IMG/VR virus record: IMGVR_UViG_3300020455_000014
Location: 3,275-67,274 of that record
From: a virus
Length of the DNA stretch: 64,000 nucleotides
Strand: one strand, 5' to 3'
Positions 9,030 to 19,800 of this stretch are shown piece by piece (position 1 is the stretch's first letter; each line of letters opens with the position of its first letter). The position numbers and the translations under genes are program-made. Under the pieces are notes generated by a model. It worked only from the letters and a program-made list of their open reading frames with translations, did no database searches and had not been told where the DNA came from.

Positions 9030-11708
9030 ATGAAAACGATACCTCCAGAAACTAAAGACAAAGTTAGAATAAAAGCTACTGGTACACTACCTAATGGAGC
9101 TCCTGTTATAATAAATTCAGATGGTACAGTCTCTACGGCTATAGATAATTCAGAAACACCTAATCCTCAAAAAGAATATATTGATCAAGCGTCTCCTAAC
9201 TCTCCCGCTTATATTGCCAGTGTATATGATAGCTATAACGATAGAGTTGTGTTTGCTTGGAGAGATCAAAACAACAGTAATTATGGAACTGCTATTGTAG
9301 GACAGATTAAAGGTCGGACTATTACATGGGGTACTAAAACAACTTTTCTAACAGCCCAAGCAGAATATATAAGTATGGCGTTTGATACTAGCCAAAACAA
9401 AGTTTTAATTTGCTTTAAACATGATGGAGATGCGCAGAAAGGGTATGGTATAGTAGCTACAGTAGATCCTAGTAATAATAGTATAACTTTTGGTACTGCT
9501 GTTAAATTTAATGATAATGGTGTCACGTTATATATAAGAGCTGCTTTTGATAGTAATTCTAATAAAACAGTTATTGTCTACAGTGATGGAGGAGATTCGT
9601 ATCATGGATATAGTATTGTAGCAACTATATCAGGAACTTCTGTTAGTTATGGAACCGCTGTAGAGTTTGTAAATATCGAGGTAAATGAACTAGCAGTTAC
9701 TTTTGATAGTGAACACAATAAAATAGCCCTCGCATACAGAAAAGGTTCTCCTAATTATTATGGAGCTTTTAAAGTTGGAGATGTAAGTGGAACCTCAATT
9801 ACATGGGGACTAGATATAGATATTCTTACAGCTAATATGCAGTATCATAATATTACATTTGATACGACAAATAATTTTGTTGTTGGTTGTTTTATGGATG
9901 GTGGGTCTGGTAACAAAGGAACTTTGTATGTTTTAGAAATAACTGATTCGTTTGCTAGTAACGCTACTAATGTAGTTGGGATAACTGCAACCGTTTTTGC
10001 TACTACTGTAAGTCAACATATAAATGTAGTATATAATCCTAATTCTAGAACTACAGCCATACTGTATTACAATGGAAATAGTGGGCATAGTTATATATTG
10101 GAAGCAGAGGTTCACAATGATAGGACAGTTGATTTTTTCAATAATTCAGGTACTGCACTAGCAGGTGAAACTACTATTACTTATGTTTCGACATACCATG
10201 CACCAATATATTCCTCTAGTAGTAAACAAGTAGTTACATTCTACGTTCACGGTGGGTTTGGTGGTGTAGGCTATATGATAAAGAAATTTAGAAGAGATGC
10301 TTTCGGAGCTGCCGTACAGTTTGAGTCTCACGCGGTCAATGATGTGAGCGCAGTATATAATGCTGCCACAAAAAGAGTAGTTGTAGCGTATAGAGATACA
10401 GGAGAGGGTAAGGGGTACGCAGTTGTTGGAGCTGTAGGATCTGATAATACAATAAGTTTTGGAACGCCTGTAGAATTTTACTCATCACAACCTAACCAAG
10501 TATCACTTGTTTCTCTCCGAGAAGAACAAGACAACAATGACAAAGTAGTAATTGTATTTGCCCAGACTAATAGTCAGATATGGGGAAGACCAGCTCAAAT
10601 AAACCCTGCTAATAATTCTCTTACACTTGGAAATGCTAATAGTCTCAACTCTAATGTGACTAGTGGAGGTAGTAGGATCGGGTGTTGTGCTTATCCTCCT
10701 TCTGGAGATGCTATTATAGTTTCTTTTGATACTAACGCTGGTACAGCAGGTGGGTATACTGCTGTTGGTGTACTTAATACAGCTGGTACAGATATAACTT
10801 TTGGGGGTAATTATATTTTTAATGCTGGGGATTCCCCAGAAGCTACAATGGAGTATGACCCCACTAACCAGGTTGCTGCAGTTTTTTATAGGGATGATGG
10901 CAATAATAATTACGGTACTTCAAGAACTTTAGCAGTGACTAATACTAATCAAATTAATTACAACAGTGAGGTTGTATTTAGTTCTGTTAACACCACCTAC
11001 AGGATAGATGTTACTTTTAAGACTGAACATTATGGCACAAACCAGCCTAGATTTGAAATAGCTTTTATGAATACAGCACTTAATAATGGTACAGGACAAA
11101 TTGTATATGGATTTATAAGTGGTAGTTCAATAGTTTTTTCAGGAGCTGCAAGTTTTCAGCTGGCGGTTGGGGGGTATAATCCACAACCTAGTAATATAAG
11201 ATTATCTTATAATGAAGAAGCAGATTTAACTCCTATTTTATATCAAAAAGATAGCCAAAATAAAACTGTATATACCTTATATCGAACTGTTGTAGGTGGG
11301 GGCCAGGAGTTTTTTAGTGTTAAAAGAAGTCTTAGATCAGAAGCTTCTCCAATATATAATATAAATTCAGATTCTCATGATATTGTTTATGATGCTAATG
11401 CTAAGAAAACTATAGTATTTTTTAAAGATGGAGGAGCTAGTAATGTAGGAAAAGCCGTAGTTATAGATATAGGAACCGCGAATCTTACCTCTGAAAATTT
11501 TATAGGTATGGTAAATGGGGGTACAGTTCCTACAGACGGTCAAGCTATAGTTGATATTGTTGGTACAGTAAATGAAAATCAATCGGGTCTAACAATAGGG
11601 CAACAATATTATGTCCAAAAAGATGGAACTTTAAGTACAACCGCAGATACTCCTAGTGTACTAGCAGGCACTGCTCTTTCCACAACAAAACTATTGGTGA
11701 AAAAATAA
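9030..11708 (+). CDS. Adhesin / receptor-binding protein 3 (beta-propeller-like repeats)
   Basis: 892 aa; ATGTLPNGAPVIINSDGTVS N-terminus and NLTSENFIG...YYVQKDGTLSTTADTPSVLAGTALSTT C-terminus. Confidence 0.65.
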   Translation: MKTIPPETKDKVRIKATGTLPNGAPVIINSDGTVSTAIDNSETPNPQKEYIDQASPNSPAYIASVYDSYNDRVVFAWRDQNNSNYGTAIVGQIKGRTITWGTKTTFLTAQAEYISMAFDTSQNKVLICFKHDGDAQKGYGIVATVDPSNNSITFGTAVKFNDNGVTLYIRAAFDSNSNKTVIVYSDGGDSYHGYSIVATISGTSVSYGTAVEFVNIEVNELAVTFDSEHNKIALAYRKGSPNYYGAFKVGDVSGTSITWGLDIDILTANMQYHNITFDTTNNFVVGCFMDGGSGNKGTLYVLEITDSFASNATNVVGITATVFATTVSQHINVVYNPNSRTTAILYYNGNSGHSYILEAEVHNDRTVDFFNNSGTALAGETTITYVSTYHAPIYSSSSKQVVTFYVHGGFGGVGYMIKKFRRDAFGAAVQFESHAVNDVSAVYNAATKRVVVAYRDTGEGKGYAVVGAVGSDNTISFGTPVEFYSSQPNQVSLVSLREEQDNNDKVVIVFAQTNSQIWGRPAQINPANNSLTLGNANSLNSNVTSGGSRIGCCAYPPSGDAIIVSFDTNAGTAGGYTAVGVLNTAGTDITFGGNYIFNAGDSPEATMEYDPTNQVAAVFYRDDGNNNYGTSRTLAVTNTNQINYNSEVVFSSVNTTYRIDVTFKTEHYGTNQPRFEIAFMNTALNNGTGQIVYGFISGSSIVFSGAASFQLAVGGYNPQPSNIRLSYNEEADLTPILYQKDSQNKTVYTLYRTVVGGGQEFFSVKRSLRSEASPIYNINSDSHDIVYDANAKKTIVFFKDGGASNVGKAVVIDIGTANLTSENFIGMVNGGTVPTDGQAIVDIVGTVNENQSGLTIGQQYYVQKDGTLSTTADTPSVLAGTALSTTKLLVKK

Positions 11709-11866
11709 TGAGTGATGATTTAAGAACAGAATTTGAAGTACATAAAGCTGTTAGTGAGGAACGTTGGACAGTTATATTAGGTCGTGTAAAGAGACTAGAA
11801 ATGATACTTATAGGAGCGAGTGGTACTACAATAGTGTTATTAATCTCGTTAGTAATGAAGGCATGA
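11708..11866 (+). CDS. Small membrane protein (lysis region; not in ORF track)
   Basis: 52 aa MSDDLRTEFEVHKAVSEERW...IVLLISLVMKA; TAATG coupling; coiled segment plus C-terminal hydrophobic helix. Confidence 0.6.
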   Translation: MSDDLRTEFEVHKAVSEERWTVILGRVKRLEMILIGASGTTIVLLISLVMKA

Positions 11867-11869
11867 TGT

Positions 11870-12391
11870 ATGGTACTAAGCGACATAGTAACTGGTATCC
11901 AACTTGTAAAACAAAGTGTGGACTTTATAAAGTCGAGCATAAGTACAGCGAAAGATGTAAACGATATCGTAGGTGCTATAGATAATTTACTAGATGGGGA
12001 GCAACAAATAAATGCGAAGCGTAGTAAAAAAGATGGAATAGGATTAAAAGATCAATTTGGAATAAAGAGTGTTGCCCATGAAGTTATTGATGCAAAGATT
12101 GCTGCAGAAGAGCGTTACAATATGTCGGTCCTTATTGACCAGCGTTTCGGACATGGTACGTTTAAGTCCATTGTGGATTTACGCGCAAAACGTATACAAG
12201 AAGCTAAAGAACGTGCCAAAGTACTTGCAGGGGAAAGGCAAAAAAGAAAAGAAGAAATAATGGAAATGGTAGCCATAGGAATAGGTATTTTACTTGTAGG
12301 TGTACTTGCAATTACTGTATTTGGTGCATTGTTAGTAAATGCAATGGAACGTGGTAGTCCTAGTTTTAGAGAGTGGTACAATGGAAGTTAA
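11870..12391 (+). CDS. Hypothetical membrane-anchored protein
   Basis: 173 aa, helical, one C-terminal hydrophobic segment. Confidence 0.6.
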   Translation: MVLSDIVTGIQLVKQSVDFIKSSISTAKDVNDIVGAIDNLLDGEQQINAKRSKKDGIGLKDQFGIKSVAHEVIDAKIAAEERYNMSVLIDQRFGHGTFKSIVDLRAKRIQEAKERAKVLAGERQKRKEEIMEMVAIGIGILLVGVLAITVFGALLVNAMERGSPSFREWYNGS

Positions 12392-12473
12392 AGATTTGTT
12401 ATTTATTTTTATTGTTCTTTCTGCTTATTATTGGTGTGTAGTGTTTCCACCGAAATGGTTATTTATTAGGTAA
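12381..12473 (+). CDS. Putative 30-aa hydrophobic peptide (not in ORF track)
   Basis: MEVKDLLFIFIVLSAYYWCVVFPPKWLFIR fills the gap between two genes. Confidence 0.4.
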   Translation: MEVKDLLFIFIVLSAYYWCVVFPPKWLFIR

Positions 12474-12479
12474 GTTAAT

Positions 12480-12830
12480 ATGGCACAGAAAAAACTGGAA
12501 AAAGACAGTGCTTGGGAAAAAGCAGACTCTAATGGAGACGGTGTGATTACTGATGCAGAATTGGGCCGTAGAGAACGTATGGTTCTCCTTGAAAACCGTG
12601 ATAAAAAAGAAGATCAGCAACGGTGGCTTGTATGGTTTTCTGCATTAACTGTAACAGTTTTTATTATTGTGTTAATGACACCTATTATACCTATAGATCG
12701 TATTGACCATTTGAGTGGAATTGCTGAAATTTGGATATTATCTAATATGGGCATAATTGGTAGCTTTATTGGATTTAATCAACTATCTAGAAGAGGAACT
12801 AAGGGAGATAATTTTGAGCTTAATAAGTAG
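12480..12830 (+). CDS. Two-TM membrane protein with EF-hand-like loop (holin/antiholin-like)
   Basis: 116 aa; DSNGDGVITDAE loop then two hydrophobic helices; next to holin and endolysin. Confidence 0.55.
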   Translation: MAQKKLEKDSAWEKADSNGDGVITDAELGRRERMVLLENRDKKEDQQRWLVWFSALTVTVFIIVLMTPIIPIDRIDHLSGIAEIWILSNMGIIGSFIGFNQLSRRGTKGDNFELNK

Positions 12831-13215
12831 TCTTATACAACCTGTCGGTGATATTTTAGATAAAGTAATCCCTGACCAGGATCTAAAAAGGAAGCTGTCC
12901 CATGAGATAGCTACTATGTCTGAAAAACATGCCCAACAAGCTTTACTTGCTCAACTTGAAATAAATAAAGCAGAAGCAGCTTCTGGTAGCTTGTTTAAGG
13001 GTGGATGGAGACCCGCTGTGGGCTGGGTTTGCGCAATTGCTTTTATGTATCATTTTATCCTTAAAGATTTAATTATATTTGGTGCTGCATTTGCAGGAGT
13101 TGAATTACCTGAATTACCAGAATTTGATATGGGTACACTTTTAACCGTTCTCGGAGGTATGCTCGGAATCGGGGGACTTAGGACATATGAAAAGCAAAAA
13201 GGTTTAACAAAATAG
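12814..13215 (+). CDS. Holin (3-TM GTA-holin-like family)
   Basis: Probable TTG start at 12814 after GGAG; ILDKVIPD...GWRPAVGWVC...LGGMLGIGGLRTYEK family signature; directly upstream of the endolysin. Confidence 0.75.
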   Translation: MSLISSLIQPVGDILDKVIPDQDLKRKLSHEIATMSEKHAQQALLAQLEINKAEAASGSLFKGGWRPAVGWVCAIAFMYHFILKDLIIFGAAFAGVELPELPEFDMGTLLTVLGGMLGIGGLRTYEKQKGLTK

Positions 13216-13226
13216 GAGAAAGAATA

Positions 13227-13682
13227 ATGGCTTTCGCGCTAGGAAAAAACAGTTTATCAAAGTTATCTACAGTAGATAAACGACTGTGGACTATCTGCCA
13301 AGATGCTATAAAGATTACACGTATTGATTTTGGCGTGATTTGTGGGAAAAGAACACTCGCAGAACAAGAAGCCCTTTTGGCCAAGGGCGCGACCCAAACA
13401 ATGAAATCAAAACACCTTGATGGGTTAGCAGTTGATCTCATGGCATATATTAATGGCAGAGCTTCTTGGGAACTAAATTTGTACGATGATATTGCTGATG
13501 CAATGAAGGAAGCGTCACGTAAAAATGATATCCCTATACGATGGGGTGCAGCGTGGCATATAGATGATATAAGTAAATGGACTGAATCAATGGAAGATGC
13601 TATGAACTCCTATATTGACTTAAGACGTAGCCAAGGCAGGAGACCATTCATTGACGGACCCCACTTCGAGCTTACAGGATAA
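13227..13682 (+). CDS. Endolysin, M15-family L-Ala-D-Glu peptidase
   Basis: GxRT..EQ, SKHLDGLAVD (SxH-x6-D), WG..W and DGPHFEL Zn-peptidase motifs. Confidence 0.85.
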   Translation: MAFALGKNSLSKLSTVDKRLWTICQDAIKITRIDFGVICGKRTLAEQEALLAKGATQTMKSKHLDGLAVDLMAYINGRASWELNLYDDIADAMKEASRKNDIPIRWGAAWHIDDISKWTESMEDAMNSYIDLRRSQGRRPFIDGPHFELTG

Positions 13683-13691
13683 CGTGTTATT

Positions 13692-13904
13692 ATGTGGATG
13701 TCAATTATGATATTATGTGGTAGTCTGTACGCCCAATCTTGTATGGTAATTACAGGTAATGTACTACATACAAACAAAGAAAAGTGCTTCGAATACGCTA
13801 TTGAGAAAGCTAATAAAGCACTTACATTTCCCAATGTGTTTCAGGCTAAACCCTTTTGTCAGGTTATACCTGGTACACAGAAAGAAGGCGAGGTAGACAC
13901 TTAA
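13692..13904 (+). CDS. Small Cys-containing, possibly secreted protein (lysis accessory?)
   Basis: 70 aa, hydrophobic N-terminus, four Cys; follows the endolysin. Confidence 0.5.
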   Translation: MWMSIMILCGSLYAQSCMVITGNVLHTNKEKCFEYAIEKANKALTFPNVFQAKPFCQVIPGTQKEGEVDT

Positions 13905-15910
13905 TGCCATTAAAAAAGCTACTATTAAAACCAGGAATTGATCGTGAAAACACTAGTTATACAAGTGAAGGCGGTTGGTATGACGGTGACAAAATAAGAT
14001 TTAGGCAAGGCACTCCTGAAAAAATAGGAGGTTGGTCACCAATAAGTATTGGTAAGTTTTTTCTTGGTGTATGCCGTTCTTTATGGAACTGGACTTCTCT
14101 TACGAGTGTAAATTTTACAGGTGTAGGTACTAATATAAAGTTTTATATTGAAATGGGTAGCGCGTACTATGATATAACCCCCTTACGATTAACTACAGCT
14201 GCAGGGGATGTAACTTTTTCCGCTTCTAATGGATCTCCTATAATAACAGTAACAGAAGCCAATCATGCAGCAATAGTCGGAGACTTTGTTACCTTTAGTG
14301 GTGCTGCTGGACTGGGCGGTAATATTACTGCAGGGGTTTTAAATCAAGAATATAGTATTGCAAGTGTTATTAGTTCTACTCAATATACTATTATGGCAAG
14401 AGTTGCAGGGGTTACTATTTCTGATATTACTACTCAAACAGGTTTAGTCCCATTCCCATCTTCAGTTACTGCAACTGGTTCAGATTCAGGTAATGGTGGT
14501 AGTAATACTGTAGCAGCATATCAAATTAATATTGGTGTTGATGGAGAAGTTCCTATAACAGGTTATGGTGCAGGTACATGGGGAGAAGATGCCTGGGACC
14601 ACTCTACATTAGGTTCTACTATAAGCTCTCTAAGAATGTGGTCACAAGGTAATTTTGGAGAAGATTTAATTCTTGGGTATAAAGGCAGTCCTTTGTATTA
14701 TTGGGATGCTTCTAATGGATTAGGTACTCGTTGTGTTTTATTATCTTCTTTAGCTGGTGCTTCTAATGTACCTACAGCACAAAATTTCTCTCTTGTATCT
14801 GATAATAGATTTGTCTTTTGCTTTGGAACAAACCCTCAAGGTAGTGCAACATTAGACCCTATGTTAGTTCGTTGGTCTGACCAAGACAATCCCGTTGAAT
14901 GGGGTGCTTCCGCCTTAACACAAGCAGGTGATATGCCTTTATCCAGAGGAACTGAACTTATGTCTGCTATACAAGCAAGGCAAGAGATATTAGTTTGGTC
15001 TGATTCTGCACTGTATTCTTTTCAGTATGTAGGCGTAGATTCTGGAGTATGGGGATCTCAAATATTAGGTGATAACATATCAATAATTTCTAAAAATGCC
15101 GTAGCTTATTCTAGTGGTATAGCTTTTTGGATGGGGAAAGATAAATTTTACAAATATGATGGTACTGTAGCTCCTCTTCCTTGTAAGGTTAGGAAATATG
15201 TTTTTGATGATATAAATAAAGACCAATTTGAACAAGTATTTTCGGGTACAGTTGAATCTTTTAATGAAGTATGGTGGTTTTACTGTTCAAAATCATCAAG
15301 TACAATAGATAGATATGTTGTTTTCAATTACTTAGATAATATTTGGTATTACGGTACTTTAGACAGAACTGCGTGGCTAGATGCTCCAGCAAAAGATTTC
15401 CCACTAGCAGCTACTTATAAACAAAATATAGTAAATCATGAATCTGGTACAGATGATAACGAGTTAGGAGAAGCTAATGCAATAACTGCTCATATTTCGT
15501 CAGCAGAGTTCGATTTAGATGATGGACACCAATTTATGTTTGTGCATAGGGTATTACCCGATATACGTTTTGATGGCACTCTTGATGGAACTACTCCTTC
15601 TGCTACTTTATCTCTTCTACCTTTAGCTAATTCAGGTTCTGGATATAATAATCCTTTGACTTTTAGAAATAATAACCAAACAACTATAACACGTAGTGCT
15701 GTTACGCAGACTGTGTATAATACTGATAGTGATAAAAATTCAGTCCCACCCCAAAACCCAAAAACTTATAATATAGAACAATATACTGGGCAGTTAAATG
15801 TGAGAGCTAGAGGTCGTCAAATGGTAATGAAAGTTGAATCTTCAGGTCTAGGAGTGCAATGGCAATTAGGTTCTCCAAGACTTGATATGCGACCTGATGG
15901 GAGGAGATAA
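13904..15910 (+). CDS. Tail nozzle / head-stabilisation protein (P22 gp10-like)
   Basis: Likely ATG at 13904; KPGIDRENT, RF..G.PEKIGGW, VRWSDQ, RGRQ and PDGRR motifs; beta-propeller-like; precedes the internal proteins. Confidence 0.7.
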   Translation: MPLKKLLLKPGIDRENTSYTSEGGWYDGDKIRFRQGTPEKIGGWSPISIGKFFLGVCRSLWNWTSLTSVNFTGVGTNIKFYIEMGSAYYDITPLRLTTAAGDVTFSASNGSPIITVTEANHAAIVGDFVTFSGAAGLGGNITAGVLNQEYSIASVISSTQYTIMARVAGVTISDITTQTGLVPFPSSVTATGSDSGNGGSNTVAAYQINIGVDGEVPITGYGAGTWGEDAWDHSTLGSTISSLRMWSQGNFGEDLILGYKGSPLYYWDASNGLGTRCVLLSSLAGASNVPTAQNFSLVSDNRFVFCFGTNPQGSATLDPMLVRWSDQDNPVEWGASALTQAGDMPLSRGTELMSAIQARQEILVWSDSALYSFQYVGVDSGVWGSQILGDNISIISKNAVAYSSGIAFWMGKDKFYKYDGTVAPLPCKVRKYVFDDINKDQFEQVFSGTVESFNEVWWFYCSKSSSTIDRYVVFNYLDNIWYYGTLDRTAWLDAPAKDFPLAATYKQNIVNHESGTDDNELGEANAITAHISSAEFDLDDGHQFMFVHRVLPDIRFDGTLDGTTPSATLSLLPLANSGSGYNNPLTFRNNNQTTITRSAVTQTVYNTDSDKNSVPPQNPKTYNIEQYTGQLNVRARGRQMVMKVESSGLGVQWQLGSPRLDMRPDGRR

Positions 15911-16095
15911 TGCCTACTAAAGCAAATGTTAATTTTAAAGCACCCGTATTACCCGATCCACCACAGGAATATGATAAAGTTGCTTTTGCACGTTTTAATA
16001 ATATACTAAGACTTTACTTTAACCAAGTAGATGACGCGCTACGTAGTGCTAATTTAAAAGAACAATCTGATGCAATGAGCTGGTTTTTAGGGTAG
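15910..16095 (+). CDS. Small tail protein with C-terminal AMSWFLG
   Basis: 61 aa; LPDPPQEYD...ILRLYFNQ; TAATG coupling. Confidence 0.6.
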   Translation: MPTKANVNFKAPVLPDPPQEYDKVAFARFNNILRLYFNQVDDALRSANLKEQSDAMSWFLG

Positions 16096-16419
16096 ATGGC
16101 TAATACATATAAAAACGCAAAAGTAGACTTAACTTCTACAGGGGTAACCACCCTATATACAACTCCTGCAAAGGCAACTTCTATAGTAAAATCTATATTG
16201 GTATCAGAAGACTCTAATAATGCAGATACTATTACAGTAACAATTACTGATTCTACAGCTGCTGTTTTTAGTGTTTTTAAAGAGAAAGCTATTTTTGCAA
16301 AGCAAACATTAGAATTATTATCCGCACCTCTTGTACTAAATACAGGAGATATTTTAAAAGTAACTGCTGCAACAGGTAACAGACTACATGTTATAGCTAG
16401 TATATTAGAGATAAGTTAA
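16096..16419 (+). CDS. Small beta-rich tail adaptor protein (paralogue family A)
   Basis: 107 aa; TTLYTTP...IVKSILVS...ASILEIS. Confidence 0.65.
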   Translation: MANTYKNAKVDLTSTGVTTLYTTPAKATSIVKSILVSEDSNNADTITVTITDSTAAVFSVFKEKAIFAKQTLELLSAPLVLNTGDILKVTAATGNRLHVIASILEIS

Positions 16420-16420
16420 C

Positions 16421-16879
16421 ATGAAAACTCAAATAGATAGTAATCAGAAAAAACTACCTTTCTCTGTAATAGTTAGTAACGCCATATTGACTAGATATCC
16501 TGTAGAAACAAAAAAGACAGCAAAAGACTTTTTAGTAGTAGAAAAATTAATGACTGAACCAAATACAGAAACTATGCAAGTAAATAACACGGTTTTTATA
16601 GTAAGAATAAGAGAAGAAAAACAAGCTTGTTTAATTATACCATTTAACATGGATACAGAAGAAAACTATGTAAAAAACATAATTACTGTAATCACTAATT
16701 TAATAGAAAAAGGTACTAAACGAGGTGTGTTTATGGATGTTCCCGTAGCAAATGGGGGTTTTGGCGTTTATAGAACCGTAAAAGAACAAATAAATGTACC
16801 GACAGGAATTTCTCAAACAGGTAATAGACTAACTTTCATATGGGATTCTTCTATATCTCTTAAAGGTAAAGATAAGTAA
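16421..16879 (+). CDS. Hypothetical protein (tail/core region)
   Basis: 152 aa ORF in operon context. Confidence 0.55.
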   Translation: MKTQIDSNQKKLPFSVIVSNAILTRYPVETKKTAKDFLVVEKLMTEPNTETMQVNNTVFIVRIREEKQACLIIPFNMDTEENYVKNIITVITNLIEKGTKRGVFMDVPVANGGFGVYRTVKEQINVPTGISQTGNRLTFIWDSSISLKGKDK

Positions 16880-19800
16880 ATGATTTTTGGTTGGATTTCA
16901 GAAAAAATTAATGATGCTCTTGATGATATAAATACAGCATATGATAATCTTACGGACAGTTTTCGTGATTGGGATATTAGTAAATTAGAAAATCCAAGTG
17001 TTATTGACCCTGGAGATTGGGGTCCTTCTGTTGTAGATGGCTTAGAAACTGTAGTAGATACTGTCGAAAATACTGTAAAAGCTATAGCAGATAAACCTGT
17101 ACAATTTATAATTCAAGCAGCGGTAAGTACCTTTGCTCCTAGTTTAGCTCCTATTGTAAATGGAGCCATAGCTGCTACAAATGGGGCAAAACCGTTAGAA
17201 ATATTAAGAGCTTCTGTTTTAACTGCTGTGACACCTAAAGTTGCCGAAGCAGCTGGTAATTATACTTCAGATTTTCTTACAAATGTAGATATTAGTAGTA
17301 ATCTTACTACCTCTATTTCAAATATTGCTGAAAAATATACAGAAGCAAGGTTACAAGGTGGAGACGCTGAATTATCTCTTGTTACAACTGTTTTAGATAG
17401 CGTAAGAACTCCTATCCAAGAAACAATATCTGAATTTACTAAGCTTATTGAGGGAATAGAGATAGATATTGATACAGGTGAAATTATTGATTCTGAATTA
17501 GAGGAAGCAATAAAAAAGGGAGTAGATGCTTTTATAGATACAGGCACAGTAAGTGGTGCTGTAACAAGTTTAGTTGCTGAACAAATAACTCCCCTAATTG
17601 ATAACTTTTCAGATTTAGCAGGTGCAAATAAAGCACAAATACAAACTGCTATAACAGCTGCTGTAACAGCAGGGTTAGAAGGAGGTGGGGAAGAAGCTGT
17701 AAATGCTGCATATTATGGTTCTTTAGCAAAGTCTAGTGGAGAAGAATTAGGAGCATTGCTTGAAAAACCTATTACAAATTTTGCTACAGGGATGTTAGAG
17801 AGTTTAGGGTTTATACAGAAAAAGGATGGTACTCTAGTAAATAAAAACAATGTAATTGTTGATGGTACAGGGCAAGCTGTTAAAGGAGAAGATGGTAAAC
17901 CTATAGTTTGGAAAGGCGGATTTAGGGAAGGGGAACAAGACTTAGTTTTTATATTTAATGATGGATCTGCTGTTGAACTTGGCGATGTATTCATAAGTGA
18001 AGTTGCGGAAGCTTTAGATCCTAAAAAATTCAAAAACGCAGAAGAATATATAGAGGCATTAAGATACCAAGTAAATGGCCTTAGAGCCTTACCAGATCAA
18101 ACTGCGGTTGAATCTAAAATAAATAATTTAGAAAAAGTTATTAATGGGGTATCTATATATGAAGGTAAACTGCCTGATGACATATTAGAAAAAAATTATG
18201 TATATACTAAAAGACAACAACAACTAATTGATGGTATAACTCAATATGGCGGTGCGACAACTTCTGCAGGACAGAAAGCAGCTGCTGTTGCTGACTTAAC
18301 AGCATATGCTAAAGATATTCCAACCTATGCAGAACATAAATTAGACGAAAATATTACACCTGAAATGGTACGTCAATTTATAGATCATAATGAAGTTAAT
18401 CCTGACTATCTATTGTACAGAGATTCTAAAGTTGGAAAGAGTACAGCAACAAAAACGGTTTCAGGTACTGAAATGAGTTATGATGAGTTTGGAGATCCAA
18501 CTATTCCAGAAATAACTTATAATTATTCTCCAGAATCTAGTGTATTTGGTACTAAGTTTGAACTTAAGGCGGGAGATAAGATTGAGGGTGTCTCTGATCC
18601 TGATCCTTTTTTATCCTATACTCAAGAAGATATATTAAGCGAAATAGCAAAACACAACGAATTAGCTGAAAGTCTGGGGGCAAATGATTTAAAAGTTACT
18701 TTAAAAGCAGGAGATACTCTTTCTTCTACAGATGCAGCTAAGTTAATGTTAGGAGCGAATATAAGTTATAGTAATGTATATGCCCTTAATAATTTACTTG
18801 GAACTAACGTAGATGGAAAAGTAACAGATGAAAATTTTAAAGATTTAACTATGAAAGAGGTAGGAGAACTTACAGATAGTATGATAACTGAAGATTTTAA
18901 AACCACTGCAGCATTTCAAAGTTCTCAAAAAGAAGATTCCGCTAGCCAAGGAATAATGACTGGACCTGGCCCTGAAATTTTTTTTACGGGGGGAACACCT
19001 CAACTACTTCATAAGGCGGGGATTACTTTATCTACGATACCTATAAAACTTGCAACTCAGGCAGGAAGAAAGGAACTTGCAGCTCTTTTGGGGGTAAATG
19101 TAGCAAGTCTACCTTCTGCAAAAAATTTTGCAACGGGAAGTTTTTCTTCTCTCTGGAGTGCTATGAAAGGAACTACGGGGTTATCTGCTAAAGCTGCATT
19201 ATTTGGAACAGAGGCTTTAAAATACGACTTTAACTCAACGATGGAAGAACTTGTAAAGCAAGAAGGAGGAGCTACTCAATTTTTAGCTAGAATGTTTGGG
19301 TCTGATAACGTTAAGAATTGGGGTGTTCAAGGACTTGAGATGGGTTGGGCTACGGCTTTAGGTTTTGAGGAGTTAAAACAACAAGGGATAGAAAAAGTAT
19401 TCGGGTACGAAGGAGGTAACGAAGTAGACCTTACTCAACAGTGGGTTGATTATAAACTTGGTTTAGGTGAAAATCCTTATTCATCAGAAACACCTTATGT
19501 AAAACTAACCAAAGCAAAACAAGAAGAAATGAGTAAGTATTTTAGCCCAGAAGCAAAAACCCTATTAGAACAAAATGTAGCTTCAGGAGATGTACAGTTT
19601 AAATACGATCCAAATCTAGGCACGTATATGCCTGTTGCACTACACAATGTATCTTTTGGTGACGATCCTTCCCTTGCTGGTACATATTTAAAAGCAAATG
19701 GTGGGGTAATGGATGTTATAGCTGACGTATTAATGTTTAGTTCAGGACCAGTTGGTAGCGCATTAGGGTTTGCACAAAACACATTTGAAGCAAGCGGAGC

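Noticed and set aside
4309-11708. Diversity-generating retroelement or invertible fibre cassette
   Set aside because: No reverse transcriptase or invertase, no near-identical TR/VR pair, and all paralogues are in the same orientation.
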